NCBI GenBank assembly: GCA_030704615.1
Contig: CM060732.1
Span: 13,702,001-13,766,000 of the forward strand
Reading direction: 5' to 3'
Length of the DNA: 64,000 bases
Source: Takakia lepidozioides
Taxonomy: Eukaryota; Plantae; Bryophyta
The notes beneath the pieces were generated by a model. That model was not told where the DNA came from. It saw only the letters and a list, made by a program, of their open reading frames with translations, and searched no databases. This document shows positions 60,978-64,000 of the stretch, one piece after another (the stretch's first letter is position 1; each line of letters starts with the position of its first letter). The position numbers were made by a program, and so were the translations under genes.

Positions 60978-63900
60978 ATGGCGGAAAACCCGAGCGCTAC
61001 AGTGTACTGCCCTCCTCACGAGCATAGAGCTTCATTTCCGTGCAGAAGGGACATCTGCCGGGTGATGGAGAAATATCTGTGCGTTCGATACCACCTGAAA
61101 CCGGGGTCGGTTTTTTTGGAGGAGGAAAGGAAGGACTCAAACGGCCTTGTTGTCGAAAGTATTGTTGTGCTCCACGATGATTTCGGCGATGGCAGGGAAT
61201 GGCGAGTTCCACCATCGGACAACGTCATATACAGGGCTGTTGGGGACTTCATTTGCATGCCAAATGCACCTTCTATCCTGGCGCCTTCCACGAAACAATC
61301 CGCGAATCAGAGAGTGGCTACCTCAAAGAGAGAAGTCCGCAACGAAGTAAATCCAGAGCCGAACCCATCCATGAAGACGAGCGAGAACCGGGTTGTTCAC
61401 AACCTGTCCGACTCAGACGAGATCATGGAAGTTCCGAGGTCGTCCTGGAGATCAGGCAAGTCCTCAATGGACGTCAGTGGAGGAGGGAGTCATATTCCCA
61501 GCACGAGCACCGCAGTTCGATCTATTCTTGAAATTCTGCGAGGGCTTCACCTTGAGGGACACCGGTCGGAGTTGGCCGGGTTGGACTACAACAAGTTCGC
61601 AATTAAATCGGTTACATGCCTTCCCGCCGACGTCGACGATAATATCTTCTTTGAGTTCCCTCCTCGGGCGGACTACTCGAGGGCGTCCGGAATGTTGACA
61701 GATATGGATAGAAAACATGACGGTCATCCTTGGTGCGTTACCAAAACCACCAGCATGAAGATGCTCGATGGTGTGCGGGTACGCTATGTTGTTTGTGCGG
61801 GCGCGTTGCGGTGTTTCTCCCCAACTTGCTTCCACTTTAAATCCAGAGGTCACAGGAACGAGACCGATTGGACAGGCACAGCTCATCAACCATTTCGAGC
61901 TCAGGAGAAGGTTCCAAACTCCACATTTAAGTGTGCGCATTGCAAAGAACCACCACACTGCATGTCTGTTTGTAATGCCAAGCAGTTCTATGTGTTGCAC
62001 CGTTTCCCTGACCTCACCCGAGCTTGCATACACGTTGGTTCCCATTGTCACAAATTGGCGAGGGGGAACTCGCGGGAGGCTGCCCACGAGGCAGAGCAGC
62101 TCGTTCAGGAGGAGGTTAAGTTGAGACCGGGTGCCAAACCCAAACAAATACAGCTCCAAGCCGCCCATAAGATGGCATTGGCCAGAATTATGTCGGAAGA
62201 CGGCTCCGATAGAGTTCCTCTCGATGAGAAGGAAATGGAGGCATTGCTGGAGTCGGTGTCCCACGTATGTTCACCGAATGTCCGAAACCACATTGTCTCA
62301 TGCAAACAGAAAATTGGGCGTGGCTCGGATATGCACTCCATTCTGGAGGTGAAGCGACGATGTGGATATGACTACATTCATGGAAGTAGGTTTCTAGGAC
62401 AAGGGACTGAGGCAGATCGTTGTTTCGTATTCAAAATGTCCACGTGTGGACCTGGCAGCGGCGTCGAACTAGTCGACAGGATGACGAGTGGGGACTTGTC
62501 AAACAGTTGGGTCATGTTTGACCATATCAAGCGAATTACAAATCACCAGTGGGTGACAATGGGTGCACATGTCTACGACACCCACTGCAGGATGCTAATG
62601 ACAATTGCTATTTGTGAGATGAAAGGAGACGACACACAATCGGAGATGCTTCTTTGGCAGGGAATAAACGAACAGATGGCCAAGGCGGGATTGCCCCCTC
62701 CCAATTTCCGTGGTTTCATGGTGGACAACGCACAAGCAAATTGGGCTGCCATCCGAAGAGTGTACGGGAAAGACCCCAATGTTCCCATGGAAGGCAAGGA
62801 GAGATCTTGTGGGTTCCATTTTCTGCAGAGCCTTTCGCAGTACACAACCAGGCTCGTGGCGCCAGATTTCAGAGAGGAGCACCGTTCCATGTGCCTTGCG
62901 TGGAAGCGCGCTCCCACCTTGGATGATGCAAAGACACAATTTGCATGTATACGGGCTTGGTGGACATCGTCAGGTGCTGTAAGGAAATCAGACGAGGGAG
63001 CAATGGTCAGTTGGCTAGCATGGTGGCATTATCGTTTCCTCCAGTTCGGCGACTATATGCGGGAGGTGAGTTGCACGAATTCGCGTCCCGTTGAATATTA
63101 TTCTTGGCCATATTTGTAACTTGCTTGTAACCTCAACATGTGCTTGTGCAGGAAATGTGTCTCGACTCCGACACCGACATGCCCACGACAAACATGGCCG
63201 AATCAGTGCACTCTTCCTGGCGGGCCTCCTCTGCGGCGCATCTGGTGGACATCCTCACTGCCACAACGGAGGACATTGTGAGGTCAATTATGCAGCAATG
63301 CAGGTACAACGAGTTCTTGAAAGGGAAACAGTGGGGCTTGGGGCCGGACAGGCAGAAAATGCTGATGCGGACTGCCTCTAGATCGAAGAATCCTCGGAAG
63401 TGGGCGGCGGCCTTGCGAGAGGGCCTTCGGGACACGCCATTGCTGCGAAGAGGCCAACATTTGGAAGGAGATGTTCATACCCGTCCAGTGAGACGAAGAC
63501 TTGACGAGGCACCTGGCGGAGAAGAGGATTCATGGCGAGTTGACAAGAATATTCGCACGCTCCCTCGTGGTCCGGTGATGTTGCCCGAGGAGGTCTCGTC
63601 GAGCACCGCAAGTCCTGCACGTTCAAGATCGCCATCTCCTTTGAGCACAGGGTGCGTGCCCCGGCAACATAACGAGCCATCTGTAGTAAAGCAGTACAAC
63701 ATTCCCATTGTGGATACAAGAGTGTCGGAGTCACAGTGGAGAATTGCGAGGACATTGCCGGCATTTCGAGGGAAGTGTTGCGCTATCCGGGTGGATACGA
63801 GAGCACGCTGTGGTGAGATGATTCGGAGGAACCCACACGGTGCTGTACCTGCACCTTGTTTCAGCGGCAGATTTTTGACTCCCACATTTGCTCACGCCAC

Positions 63901-64000
63901 AACGCAGACATTTTGGTTCTGTAGGCACGACATAATGACCTGTGTATTTGGCAAGCCCAAGTACGGGATTCAGGGAATGCCGGAGCCTCCGGGCGTCTGG
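60978..64000 (+). CDS. Mutator/MULE-type DDE transposase with N-terminal GCM/WRKY-like Zn domain; exon 1 60978-63065, intron 63066-63151, exon 2 from 63152 open to the window end
   Basis: WVMFD, FMVDNAQANWAAIRRVY...CGFHFLQSL, and TTNMAESVH after a phase-0 GT-AG intron. N-terminal W...CAG.L.C....C...CAHC...C...HVGSHCH. No stops seen. Confidence 0.82.

Noticed and set aside
61464-62264. 266-aa antisense ORF
   Set aside because: It is a shadow of the transposase frame with no recognisable motifs.

Overview
This is plant nuclear DNA, probably a seed-free land plant (inferred from PLS/DYW PPRs and COR413). It is dominated by nested transposons and has one clearly intact host gene, a 4-exon COR413/WCOR413 cold-acclimation membrane protein at 45863-47713. 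The most striking element is a decayed Ty3/gypsy LTR retrotransposon (23005 to ~31050, minus strand). Its pol carries a complete DNMT3-like C5 cytosine methyltransferase between protease and reverse transcriptase, plus a PHD finger at the end of integrase, so a chromatin writer and reader sit in one polyprotein. Other elements are a Ty1/copia split into two opposite-strand halves by a reconstructable 36.5-kb inversion (matching AACAA TSD), two chromovirus copies, two non-autonomous CACTA elements (TCA and TTT TSDs) packed with PPR fragments, an L1 3' fragment, and an apparently intact MULE transposase with a GCM/WRKY-like N-terminal domain and a palindromic subterminal array. A large inverted duplication of a PPR-DYW pseudogene ends in Helitron-like termini. 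Several inversions with small junction deletions recur at different scales. All calls are by eye from sequence and motifs; no searches were run.
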